From the NCBI GenBank assembly GCA_010015585.1, contig ML975156.1: a stretch of DNA of 64,000 bases; one strand, given 5' to 3'. Below are positions 36,132-47,397 of this stretch, one piece after another. A program made the translations under genes and the position numbers. This stretch comes from Eremomyces bilateralis CBS 781.70. Lineage: Eukaryota. The notes below the pieces were generated by a model. It searched no databases. It had not been told where the DNA came from and saw only the letters and a program-made list of their open reading frames with translations. Position 1 is the stretch's first letter, and each line of letters starts with the position of its first letter.

Positions 36132-36270
36132 TTTGAGGAAACTGCACGCTGCTGCTTTCTAGATCTCGAAAACTTATCAGTACCGGTACTTGTGCAGATT
36201 ATCGTCAAGTTGAGCTGCTTCGATATGCAGTCGAGGGCAAATAATGTTTGTCGCGAATGAAATTCACGAT

Positions 36271-36283
36271 CACGTGAAAAATT
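36271..36283 (+). promoter_or_regulatory. E-box (CACGTG) overlapping an RRPE-like element (TGAAAAATT) in the RPB10/UTP17 divergent promoter
   Basis: Sequence cacgtgaaaaatt in a 298-bp head-to-head gap. RRPE is the established ribosome-biogenesis motif in yeasts. Confidence 0.45.
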
Positions 36284-36429
36284 GGGCCTAGAACGTCCAT
36301 CGAAATCTTGGCGCCAAAAATTCCTGGAGGCTCTTCTATCGCACGGGTGTTGAGATTGCCCGCACTCATTTACTCATCTTTGCTTTAGCGGAAACCCATT
36401 TACAATTTTCCTGTCCGGATCCTGTCAAT

Positions 36430-39400
36430 ATGGGTCGTAAGGGGAAGCGGAAGTGGACTGCCGCCGAGGAGGCTGCAGAGCCGTCCCGTCAAGAGCAACC
36501 CATTAAGAAACAGAAGAAGGTCTCTGAAGACGAGAGCAAGAAACGAGAGGAGACTTCAAAGCATGAGGTCAAGAAAGTCTCAGAGGATGAGAACAAGAAG
36601 CTAGAGGATATTTCAAAGCATGAGGTCAAGAAAGCGAAGCATCCCAAATCCAAGGCACGGAAACCCCCCAGGAAATCTGGAGACAAACCTCATAAGGATG
36701 GCGAAAATAAGCCAAAGCCTTCCGAGAAGAAGCCCGGCCAACTGCAGAAGAAAGAGGAGGTCCGGACGTCTCCCGAGAGCCAGCGGAATCTGCAATCTCA
36801 GCTTAAAGAGCTGAATGGAGCGCTCAACTCCGTTGTTGGCGGACGGGATCGAGCCATCGGGGGCAGGTTCCTTGCCATTGATCCCATTTTCTCAGCGGAT
36901 GAAGAGTATGTCCCTCTACAACCGCCTCTCAACGGTTGCTCTAACACTCAAACCTAGGTATCTGATATTGGCGACTCGTCGATCGGTCGAACTCTACCTC
37001 CTCGCAGACTCGCTTCTATCCTCGAAGTTCATCGTTCCTCCGCAATACGGCGCCATTACAGCCGTCGCCATATCGAATGTCGAACCCTCCTCGATGTACG
37101 TCGCAACATCTGCCCTCAGGATCTTACTGTGGGATTGGAGCCTTGAAAAGGCGATTTCGATATGGGAGACCGCGCACGCGGTGAAGCATATTGCCGTGGT
37201 GCCAGGCAAATCTCCCGAGGAAGAAGCTCTTCTCGCCGTGTTCCATCTTTCCCAAAAGGATAGGACGAAGCTTACTCCAGCCATCGTTGCAAAAAGCGTC
37301 AAAAGCGGAGATGGATTCATTGGCGAGCCATGGACGGTATTTGAGAGCTCGATGGAGATCACTGGTCTGAAAGCAATTGGGGACGAATGTCTTGTCGCGG
37401 TTTCGTCCAGATCCGTTGCTATCGGTGAACCCTCTAAGACTGATCAAAGTTATACATGGAGACTAGTGGAGGTCAATGAGAGAATTAGCTCGTTCGACGC
37501 GAAATCGCTCAAAGTGGACTCCAAGTCTCAACTCAACCTAGCGCTCGGTGGTGAGGACGGAATTATTTACAGCTACGAAAACATCCTTCGTAAGCTAAAG
37601 CAAACGGAGAGATCGATCGGTTCCCTCAACCTAGCGCCACGACTGCTGCATTGGCATCGAGGAGCAGTCGGTTCCGCAAAGTATTCTAATGATGGTAAGT
37701 CACCTTCACCACTAGGGCATACATTCACTAAGCATTGTAGGTAAATACCTCATCTCCGGCGGCAAGGAAACGTCTCTTGTCCTATGGCAGCTGGATACCG
37801 GTTCCAGGCAGATCCTCCCTCATCTGCTGGCTGACATTGATTCGGTGACGGTCTCTCCATCTGGCACATTATATGCCGTTGCTCTTGCGGACAATTCCGT
37901 CATGGTTCTATCCACGGCCGAACTTCAACCAACCGCAGTCATCGCATCGGTCCAAAGCAGAATATGCCACCCCCAAACCTTGCTGGATGTGCTACGAGAC
38001 GATTCGAAGGAAAAGCCCCAAGTTCGCAATTTCGAGGCGAGGACTCCGGTGGTGGTAGATCCTTCGTGCCCCACGCGAGTTCATTTTGCCGTCCCTCTCT
38101 CCCAGTGGCGGCTGGACAGAGAAGCAGCGAAACCTGCATCGTTCCTCCAGACCTTCGACTTCTATGATGCTCGCCACCACAGGAAACAAGCCCTTACCCG
38201 AAACAATACGACCAACCCGAACGTCAACTCCGAATTAGAAAATTTGAAGGAGCCGAACGTGAAATGTCTGCAGCTCACTCATGACGGAAATTGGATGGTC
38301 ACGGTGGAAGAGTGGTTCCCTTCCGCGGAACAAGTCAAATACCTGGAAGCTCCTGGCGACGGTCTTGAAAACGAGCGGGAGATCCGCGCGGAAATCTACT
38401 TGAAGTTCTGGTCATGGGACAAGACCGACAATCAATGGACCCTCATCACCCGGATCGATGCACCGCATGCCTCGAACGATGAACGCATCTATGGCCGTGT
38501 CCTTGGCTTAGTGGCACATCCCAAGCGCAATTCGGTCGCCACGATTGGCGACGATGGCATTGTTCGGATATGGAAGCCAAAGACTCGTTTCAGGAATGGA
38601 ACGACGGTTCGCGACAACGCAAATGAAAGCTTGGTGACATGGACGTGCTCGAGTGCCACTGAATTGGAGAAGGAGCTGATGTCGCTCGACGAAGCGGATG
38701 TTACAAACACCGAGTCTGCGATTAATGCACATCTGGCATACTCAACGGATGGATCGGTCCTCGCTGCGACCCAGGAGTTCGATGAGACCGAGCTTCGCGC
38801 AACGGTTCACTTCATCGACGCGCACAACGGAAAGATCCGAAATTCCGAATCTGGATTGTATGACTATGGTCTCGTTAGCATGGCATTCTGCGGGCGCCAT
38901 CTGGTAGTCTTGTCCAGCTCGATCGTTGTTTGGGATGTCGTCTGCAATGAGTTGTTATGGAAGGAGAGCATCGTCAATGGGGAACTTCTGTCTCCCTGGA
39001 GAGCGGCGCCATTATCTCATTTGGCAGCCAGTTCATCGGGGGAGAAGTTCGCCGTTGCTTACCCTGTCTTGAAGTCGACGTCGGCAGGTGGGTTCGAGAC
39101 GAGGATCGAGGTCTTCAAACCGGGTCAACGGGAGGCTATCCTGTCCGAATCAATCCCAGCGGTGGTGTCGGCACTTACGCCACTAGTCGCTTCGGATGGG
39201 TTCTTGGTCTTGAATGGCTATGCGGAGCTTCGAACCATTGGCGAAAGCATGTCGATGATCCCCGTTGATGCGATGACACGACAGGTGTCGCGGAAAGACA
39301 AGCCGCAAAGTTTGGCAATCAAGGCCGATGAAGTAGACATGGTCGAAGCGGATGATGACTCGATAATGCAGGTCGATGAAGAGCCAGTCGGTGACGATCG

Positions 39401-39530
39401 TCCGGTTGTGCGAAAAGAGCAGCTGGCAAGGGTGTTGGATGGAGGTGTTTCCCGGGCACTTCCTTTGGTGAAGGATATGTTCCAAGGCTTCATGCAATTG
39501 TACATGCGGAAGCCGTCCAAGGCGTCATAA
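36430..39530 (+). CDS. UTP17: U3 snoRNP / t-UTP WD40 protein (Utp17/Nan1/WDR75)
   Basis: Lys-rich N-terminus and motifs GGRFLAIDPIFSADE, LLHWHRGAVGS...DGKYLISGGKETSLVLWQLDTG, QALTRNNTT, YLKFWSW. Introns 36906-36957 and 37695-37740. Confidence 0.85.
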
Positions 39531-40063
39531 GCGTTAGAAAATGTATCTTCCATGGGCCGTTGCCCTCTGAATGTCATTCAATTTATGGTTTCTTTATCCT
39601 TCAACCTCGAACAGTGAAAACCGTGGTCCACCAATCAGAGCGTCGAGTGCAAGACGTCAATTCTGGAACCTAGTTAGACCTCCGACTTCTAGACTCGAGA
39701 AACCTTCAAGTTACTCAAGCACCGTATGTATAATAGTTAAACCTATCGACCAAAAAAGCGATTTCAAGCCGTAGTCGACTTCTCTACTCACATACTGTCG
39801 CCAGATTTACCCGAAACCATACGTTCACCGATCACCTCTACAAAGCCTCGGAATACATCTCTCCTCCGAACTTGGGCGTTTGTAGGAAGTGGATATCAGA
39901 GGTTTGAAAACTTTCTTACTACGTTATTCGTTATTGAAATTGATAAACCTTTAGGCCAAAATCGTTCTGTGAGCTCTCCTGGCCGAAGGCGGATGAATAT
40001 TCGATCCTACTTCGTAGTCTCACACACACGATATCCTAGTGAATACCGATCACAGGAGCGATC

Positions 40064-41197
40064 ATGGATCTGGCACCGACTCCATCACCAAATGTGAACG
40101 ATGAATTCCACAATAGAATGACCACATTTCCCTCCGCATCCCCAAACTTCATTCAATTCATCCCTGGACCCACCGCGCCCACCGCGCCCACCGCGCCCAA
40201 TACGTCGCATCCCGAAACGTCCCAGCAATACATCGCCGCGCGCCAGCATGTGCTTAGCAATATGGTCACGGTGCAGAACAGCGACGGGAGCACGCTCACG
40301 CAACCTGTGAAACGCAAGCGCGGGCGTCCGAAAGGGTCGGGGAAGAAACAGAAACAGAAACAGAAAGATGATGATGAGGAACGGAAACGAAAGGTGGCAG
40401 ACGACTCAGACTCGTCGGTCGAGGTCACCCTGACCCAAACGATGACGAAGTCAGGACGAAGCGTGACCAAGCCGTCGCAATACGTCCCCGCCATTCCGTC
40501 GCCTGTGTCCCATCCGAAACGAAGAGTCGGTGGTAGCGGGCGGAAGGCATTGGAGATCGTGGTCTGCAAGCTATGCGGGCGCGCCAATTCGCCAGCCGAG
40601 AATCCGATCGTATATTGCAGCACTGCGAGCTGTGGAGCCACGTATCATCAGTACTGCCATCACCCGCCGATTCCGAGAGAGTCCATCGATAACGAGAACG
40701 CGGACTGGTTCTGCTCGAAGTGTACACGGCCGGCTCGACCTGGCCTTCAGAAGAACGGTTCTGGAAAGCCCACCAAGCTCACCGAGGCAACTACTCGATT
40801 GGTGCCAGGATCTGGACTCTCGCCCGCAGAGGTATGTACGCTCGAAGTTCGCCTTATTCAGAGCAACCTATGGCCTTGCGTTCTAAACTGACCATGCCTT
40901 GAAAAGAAACGTTCATACTTCACCTCATTGCCGCCCTCGACCCTTGTCGACCTGCTGGTCGACATCTCTACCAAGCATGCCGCAATCCCTCTATTCCACG
41001 CAGACCACCTATCTATCATCCACCCACCTCCGCCTCTCGAACCCGACGACCCGGGCTATGACACCGACCCACCGGCGCATTATCCGAAGCCAGGCTACGG
41101 ATTGGCGCGAAAGTTGCCGCCAGAAGAATTTGACACAGCCTGGTTGGTAGATGACAATGTGCTCGGCGTGTTCAGCCACAGCACCGTAAATACGTGA
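40064..41197 (+). CDS. PHD-finger protein with AT-hook
   Basis: AT-hook KRKRGRPKG and PHD CKLC...IVYCSTASCGATYHQYCHHPP...WFCSKC. Intron 40832-40906. Confidence 0.85.
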
Positions 41198-41714
41198 GGG
41201 ACGCTGCTGTTCTGAGACGTCGTCGCTCGTGTGGTCCGATGAACGACGCTGGAATGGAGGAGACTAAGAGAGAAACAAATTTAGGCGCGACATAATGGCT
41301 TGCTAGTGAGGCATTCGTGCCTGGTCTTTAAGGTTGAATCACCACGATTTTATCAACCGTTCGTGATTCAATTCAGATAGACGCAGAAGCGTGTCATAGT
41401 TTTCGTGGAAAACATGAGATACCTCAAGCACCAAAGAGGGTTTATGCTATTCTCATGTAATCTGGACAAGCTTGTGATAGTGAATTTGAGTGCATTGAAC
41501 TATCCAGGCTATAGTACTTGCTAGCGTTCATGATAAAGTAGGCATTCCGGCATCAATCTCGATGCAAATGCTCCCCTCCGGGAAATGCTACAGAACTCCC
41601 AACTCCAACACATGCTGATACTGGACCCATAGTTGGTGGTTCCCGAGCAAGGAAATTCGTAACGACAGTCTCTACCAATGCCTCCTCACTTTGGTCACTA
41701 GGACAGCCCCCAAA

Positions 41715-44198
41715 CTAGTAGAACTCCTCGTCATCATAGACTTCCTCATCCTCTTCACCCATGTCCTCTTCCTCGCCACTCTCCTCCACTTCCTCTTCCT
41801 CATCGTCGCCCTTTGCAGCGGGCCTACGATCCTCCTCCTCGTCCTCCTCATCGGACGCGAACTCTTCCAGGATCTCTTCGTCCGGATGCCTGCCAATCCC
41901 GACGGCGGCCTGTCCAGGCTCTCCTGCCTCGCCCGCCGCAACGGACGGAGCACCCGAAGTAACTGACGGCGCACGAGCCTCCTCATCCCCTCCATAGATC
42001 GACATCAGCTTGTCCCAGTGAACATGTTTCGACAGGAAATTCTTCGAATGCTTCGCTAGCATCCGCGCGCTCGCCTCGGTCGCGTTCGTGACCGGTTTTC
42101 CGCCCTCCAGAACGCTCCCGTCTCCCATGCGACCCATCTTGCGGCGCCGCTTCACGAGCCGCTTGCCGCCGTTCTCGGCCATCTCGCGCTCCTCGAGTTC
42201 CTTCTGGATCATCTTCTTGGCCTGCGCGAGCATCCATTCCTTGTTGTGCGTGACCCAGACGCGTTCCTTGACACGGATTTCGGGTTCGGACAGGAGACAA
42301 TTGGCCACTTCGGGGTCGTCTTCAAACTCGTCTTCGCCGATCTCCGTGCTGTCGAGGACGCTGCTCGTACCGCGGAGGTGCTCCGCTTGGACTTTGGCAC
42401 GAGTGGCAGCCGAGGTGATGAGGTCTTCGGAGAATTTGAACAATTCGGGGATATACTCTTCGATGTCCCGTTCGAGGGTGTCGTTCTCGTCGATGAGGTC
42501 TTCGTCGTTGATGATGATGTTGACGCGATCTTCGTCGGACCTCTTGCGCTTCTTTCGCCCCGGCAGCTTCGGGCCTGCAGCTTCATTGGTCATAACGGAC
42601 GCGACTGCGAAGGCCTCTTCAACCGTCATGGAGAGATCGCTTGCAAGAGACATGGGTGTCGGGGCGCGGTCCATGTCGTCTTCCGTCTGGGATGCGGCGT
42701 CGTGAGCCGATTCGGCCGTCGCGGAACGCGAGACGCTCATGGACGATGCCGGAGTTGGAAGGGGGGGGATAAGAAATCCATCTTTATCAAGCTTCCGCTT
42801 CTTCCGCGATGGCTCCGATTCTTTAGTCCGTTTTGTTTTCGAGCCTTTAGGCCTTCCTGGCTTAGCCTTGACCGCCTTCTGCGCCGCAGTGGATGATGAA
42901 GATGATGATGAGGATGAAGAGGATTGGGTGAGCATCTCGGCCGCCTCAATCGTTTGCTGCACCTCGTCTTGATCCACTTCTCCCTGCCGCTTACGTTTGA
43001 GCTTTTCCAGCCGCTCGGATTTTTCCTTGCTCTTCTGGATCGCAGGCGGATTATGTTGAATCTTCAGCTTATCCGCATATTGTCGGAATTGATCCACGTT
43101 AAGCTTGCTGCTGACGGTGTTTTGGAATTCGAGGAGTCGGCTTAGGATGGTGGCATCGGATGACTTTACCACATAGACGACTTCTCGAACCGTTCGCCGG
43201 AAATTGTTCATACGTGCAGCAAGAATGATGCACGCACCGATCAAACCTGCTGGAGTCCGCCCCGTGACCATCCAGTCCTGTTTGAAGCGACTAAGAATCA
43301 AGCTCGCATCCGAAACGACTTGAAAATAGGAGTCTTTGAACTCCAATCGCCCGGCAAACTTCTCGATAAGAGGCACGAGGTTGAGAATCGGTGAAAATTC
43401 CTTCTTATCGTTCGAGCTTCCATTCTCATAGTCGAAGAGATACAGTTTCTTGACCAATGCTTTGTAGGTATCGCCAATGACGTAGACGTTGATTTTGAGC
43501 TTCTCCGCAAATTCCAGCATCATGAAATCGTGTTTGTTATCGCGTCGGCAAACGGCATAGAGGCACACGGCCGCAACCAGAGAGGTGCGACGACCCTGGA
43601 TAAAACCGTTCGTGTGGGCCAAGCTGTAGATTCCAACGGCGGATTCCACTTGGGCGTGGAGGTTTAAAGCCGCCGCCAATCTTGTAATTTCGTCTCGACC
43701 GATCCGCATGCTTTGTTCTCGGCTGTCGGTTCCTCCTCCGACCTTCCTAAAGGCAGTGCCCATCGTCTTTGCATATCGCTGCGACTCGCCGACGAAACCT
43801 CCCTGCACTACTGCCGCACCGGTCGACGTCTCACCGAACATGACATCCGCGACAATATTGGCGTCCGCGATCTTCGTTCCGCACATGGTGCAAACAATCT
43901 CACCGTCGTGTTCGATGACCTCCCTCTCACCACACTCCGGGCATGGCTGACTGGTAGCAGGATGACCCGAATTGTTCGGTTTCTTCGGAGGTGGGGCTTG
44001 ATTGTATGCTGCGTCATCGCGGCTGGCTCCAGGAGTGGGGAGTAGGGTGCCTCGAGTAGATGGTGGGGTTGGATCGCGAGACGGAGAGCCATGAGGAGCA
44101 GACGCGGCCGAGGATCGATGTTGTCTCGGTCGGGCATTTTTGATGGAGGGGAATCGAGGGATTCGGCGTGGTTGGGGTTGCGCCGCGTCGGTAGACAT
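41715..44198 (-). CDS. BRF1: Transcription factor IIIB subunit Brf1
   Basis: Zn ribbon CPECG...CTMCG, TFIIB cyclin repeats (FIQGRRTSLVAAVCLY, DWMVTGRTPAGLIGACIILAARMNNFRRT), BRF1 TBP-binding region (LLSEPEIRVKERVWVTHNKEW). Confidence 0.93.
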   Translation of the reverse strand: MSTDAAQPQPRRIPRFPSIKNARPRQHRSSAASAPHGSPSRDPTPPSTRGTLLPTPGASRDDAAYNQAPPPKKPNNSGHPATSQPCPECGEREVIEHDGEIVCTMCGTKIADANIVADVMFGETSTGAAVVQGGFVGESQRYAKTMGTAFRKVGGGTDSREQSMRIGRDEITRLAAALNLHAQVESAVGIYSLAHTNGFIQGRRTSLVAAVCLYAVCRRDNKHDFMMLEFAEKLKINVYVIGDTYKALVKKLYLFDYENGSSNDKKEFSPILNLVPLIEKFAGRLEFKDSYFQVVSDASLILSRFKQDWMVTGRTPAGLIGACIILAARMNNFRRTVREVVYVVKSSDATILSRLLEFQNTVSSKLNVDQFRQYADKLKIQHNPPAIQKSKEKSERLEKLKRKRQGEVDQDEVQQTIEAAEMLTQSSSSSSSSSSSTAAQKAVKAKPGRPKGSKTKRTKESEPSRKKRKLDKDGFLIPPLPTPASSMSVSRSATAESAHDAASQTEDDMDRAPTPMSLASDLSMTVEEAFAVASVMTNEAAGPKLPGRKKRKRSDEDRVNIIINDEDLIDENDTLERDIEEYIPELFKFSEDLITSAATRAKVQAEHLRGTSSVLDSTEIGEDEFEDDPEVANCLLSEPEIRVKERVWVTHNKEWMLAQAKKMIQKELEEREMAENGGKRLVKRRRKMGRMGDGSVLEGGKPVTNATEASARMLAKHSKNFLSKHVHWDKLMSIYGGDEEARAPSVTSGAPSVAAGEAGEPGQAAVGIGRHPDEEILEEFASDEEDEEEDRRPAAKGDDEEEEVEESGEEEDMGEEDEEVYDDEEFY

Positions 44199-45211
44199 TG
44201 TGAAGGAGTTGAGGTCCAGGTGGCGGGACGGGAGTGACGATGAAGAATCCTCCAAGGGGATGGTAGAGTCGCTCTTGCTAGGTATGATGTGATTTCCAAG
44301 AGATCCTGAGGTTTTCGGCTTGGTGTATCGAAGGCTCACACGTCATATTCCGACCGCATATGATAATGCCGTCTAAGGGGTACCCCCGCAATACCAATCG
44401 AGTCACCGGGAAGGTTGGGGTCAAAGCGGTGATGGACGAAAGCAAAAGGATGAAAGTATGTGGGTAGTTGGGAAAATGGTTTTATAGAGGTAAGAAGAAA
44501 TTAGTAGTGGGATTGACCAAGGTGGATTGTGATAAGAGAAGTTTGGAGATGTAAAATTCAAAGTGAAAGTCCAGAATCGTAATGATGAGACGTGAGTCGT
44601 GAAATCGTGAAGTGAATTCTCCAGATATATTTAGATGCCTCAGGCACAACTCTGTTGCCTAGGCTGAGATGGTGATTGAAAGCCTGGATTTGATGCCTGA
44701 ATTTGATACCTCCATCAGCCACGGAGAAGGCCTAAATATATCACTAGTTATATTGATTTCTTCTGTGGGGAATGTTCTGCCCATCTGGATATTTCTCCTA
44801 CACTGTTCATGGATCCTTTATTACTTTTATGGTTATCCGCTGCTATTATCCATGGGTCTTTGACTTTGACCAATACCGGCTACCGGAGGTTGGAGGTCCT
44901 ATCGACACAGATTGTCATCATTCCCAACTTTTAGAGTAGGCAATTAAGCAAGCCGCTGGAGTGGTTGTTTTGTTCAACTTATATAGGAATCAAGAATTCC
45001 TGTTGGCGTCATTAATTATTCCTACCAGCAGTCCAAATTATCTTATGTCCCTCGTGTGGAGTTTCAGAGTCATCATGCGAACCCGACCTTCAAAACAACC
45101 TTCAATTAAACACCCAGAGAAAGTATATTTTATTCAACCATTTCCCAACCCGATTTCCATAGAGATCCTTCTCTGGATATTTCATATGCCATGTATATCA
45201 TATCCCATCCG

Positions 45212-46167
45212 TCACTCCTCGTCCTCGTCCTCTTCGTCATCAGCGACGCCAACCTCACCATTGCCGTGGTCCGCAGATGCTTCTCCAGAGACTCTCTTTG
45301 TTTTCGTGGCGGCGAGACTCTCATCGGCTTCGGAATCGTCCTCTCCCTCGGCTTCCTCCTCCTCATTTTCTGGCTCGCCCTCCCCCTCTTTGGGCAATTC
45401 TTCGTCGGCAGCAGGCTGGAGCTTGCGCTTTTTAGTCACGGGAGCTGCGGAGACGGTGTTAGGGAATGATGGAGCAAATCGATGCCTAGTGACACTTACT
45501 AGGAGCAGCGGGCTCTTCTTTTTCTGCAGCTTCCTCCTCGGAGTCTTCTTCGTCCTCGCTGTAGTCCTCTTCGTCATCATCCTCGTCATATCTGAACACG
45601 ACGCCAGTTAGTCAGCCGAAACGATGAATACCGACGAGATATTGAAGGTGAGAAAAGACCAGCCAATGAGGTAAGGCATTCCTCGAAAATATCGATGAAG
45701 CCGCTGAACGTTTCCTGGGATTGGACGGGCTGAAGGAGAGCTCCGCGGATTGGAGCTCCATCATGGACAGCTCTGAGAAGCTCCAACCATTCTAGCAACA
45801 TCAAATACAACACTCCGGCAACGCCGAATTTCTCAATTGCTCATCGAATCGCCATTGTCGCAAACGACGACGAACGGGTCGCGCGAGGCTGGCGATGGCG
45901 ACGACGACATGACGACGACGACCAACAATTGGATTGCGCGAGGCAGAGTGGAGCAGGTGGGGGAGGATTGAATCATTAAAGACTGGGAACGTGGAATTGG
46001 AACAGACGAAAAGGCGATCGCAATTGCGCTCCGCGCTGCGCTGCGATATGAAAATGAGAAATTACTTACTCTTCTTCTTCTTCGCCATCGTCGTCGGACG
46101 GCAGAGCGACGAGCTCTTCCTCGGACTCGTCCGCCTCCGGTTCTCGGTTTCGCTTTCTTGGAGGCAT
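45212..46167 (-). CDS. Small highly acidic protein with basic NLS-like motifs (hypothetical)
   Basis: MPPRKRNREPEADESEEELVALPSDDDGEEEEE|YDEDDDEEDY...EPAAP|TPVTKKRKLQ...EDEE*. Introns 45592-46069 and 45445-45499. Confidence 0.7.
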
Positions 46168-47397
46168 ATCGATAATCCTTGGTGTCGCAAAGAGTGAAAC
46201 GGCAAATTAACGTGGAGAAAATGCGCCGCAAATCCCACGTTTCAACACCAAATAACGGGTTCAAGCTTCCTAAATATGATAGGAGAGGATTAGAGTGTGA
46301 GGAGAAGGTGAGGAGAGGGTGAGGGCGATGGAGAGGGACCGGAGGAGGATGGAGAGCGCATCAGCGATGAGCGAAGGGCCCAACTGGCGACCCTAACAGA
46401 AGCAGCTCCACGTCTTAGAAAGTGACGGAAGAACCGACGAGGGGCACGGCAGCAGAGAAAGCCAGGAAGCAGGAAACATTCAGGGACCGGATTTGGCCTG
46501 GCTGCAGGCCTGGGAGCGTCGGATTCACGGGAGGGCGGTCCCCATCCCATCCCAATTCCATCGCAATCATCCCAGGAGTCGACTTGGGCATCTAGTTTGC
46601 GTGCTCCAGTTGCTTGCTCGCGCGCTTGATTGCTCCAGTCACGGTTGCGGACCTCCGTTGCTAACGTTGGACAACAAGCCACCCACGTGACGCAACTTGA
46701 GACTACTGTCCGGGGATGGTGGATTCTCAGCTCGGTTTGTGTGACAATGCAGCCGCGGAACAACTTGACATAAACCCGTCATTATGAAGCCTTAAATCCG
46801 GTATTATTATTATTAGGAAATAAAGGTGCCGTACAGGCGTAGTTCTGGATACAATCACGCAAACGCCACATCGACTTGTGCGACCGGCCTCGGAATTGCA
46901 CCCGTCAAAGATAGGCTTTTCAATTCCAACCACCCATCCAATAGGTAAGTTCATGGAATCTGAGCTAATTAAGTCGCTTGATAATACCGGGTATTGGCTG
47001 ATCATAAAATGATAAATCTCGATTTATCATTATCATATGCACTTAGACAAGAATACCTGAACCGTCATACAAATCCGGCTTCCGTTCAGCAACATCAAAT
47101 ATACTACCTGCTCAACTGCTCCAGTAAATGCAAGGGATATTTTCAACCACCGCCATTCAAGAGATCAGGATATCCTTGATCCATGCAACAGCAAGTAAAA
47201 TACACAACAATTCATGCGAGGTTGTGTCAGTATCGTTTTCATATCGTCCTCGCGATGGAAAGCGCCAAAAATAGGCAGACAATCGCCAGGATGCGACGAA
47301 GGGTAACTACGCGAATGGGAATAAACGGGGAGCTCCAGGCATTTTCCTGTTAGCTTAAATGAGCCGTATCGGATGACGGAGCGATAGAAGATTGCAC

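Noticed and set aside
41761..42896. Long antisense ORFs over BRF1 (likewise over ILV2, PanK, CCDC174-like and MDR genes)
   Set aside because: Shadow frames caused by high GC3 codon bias of the real genes.
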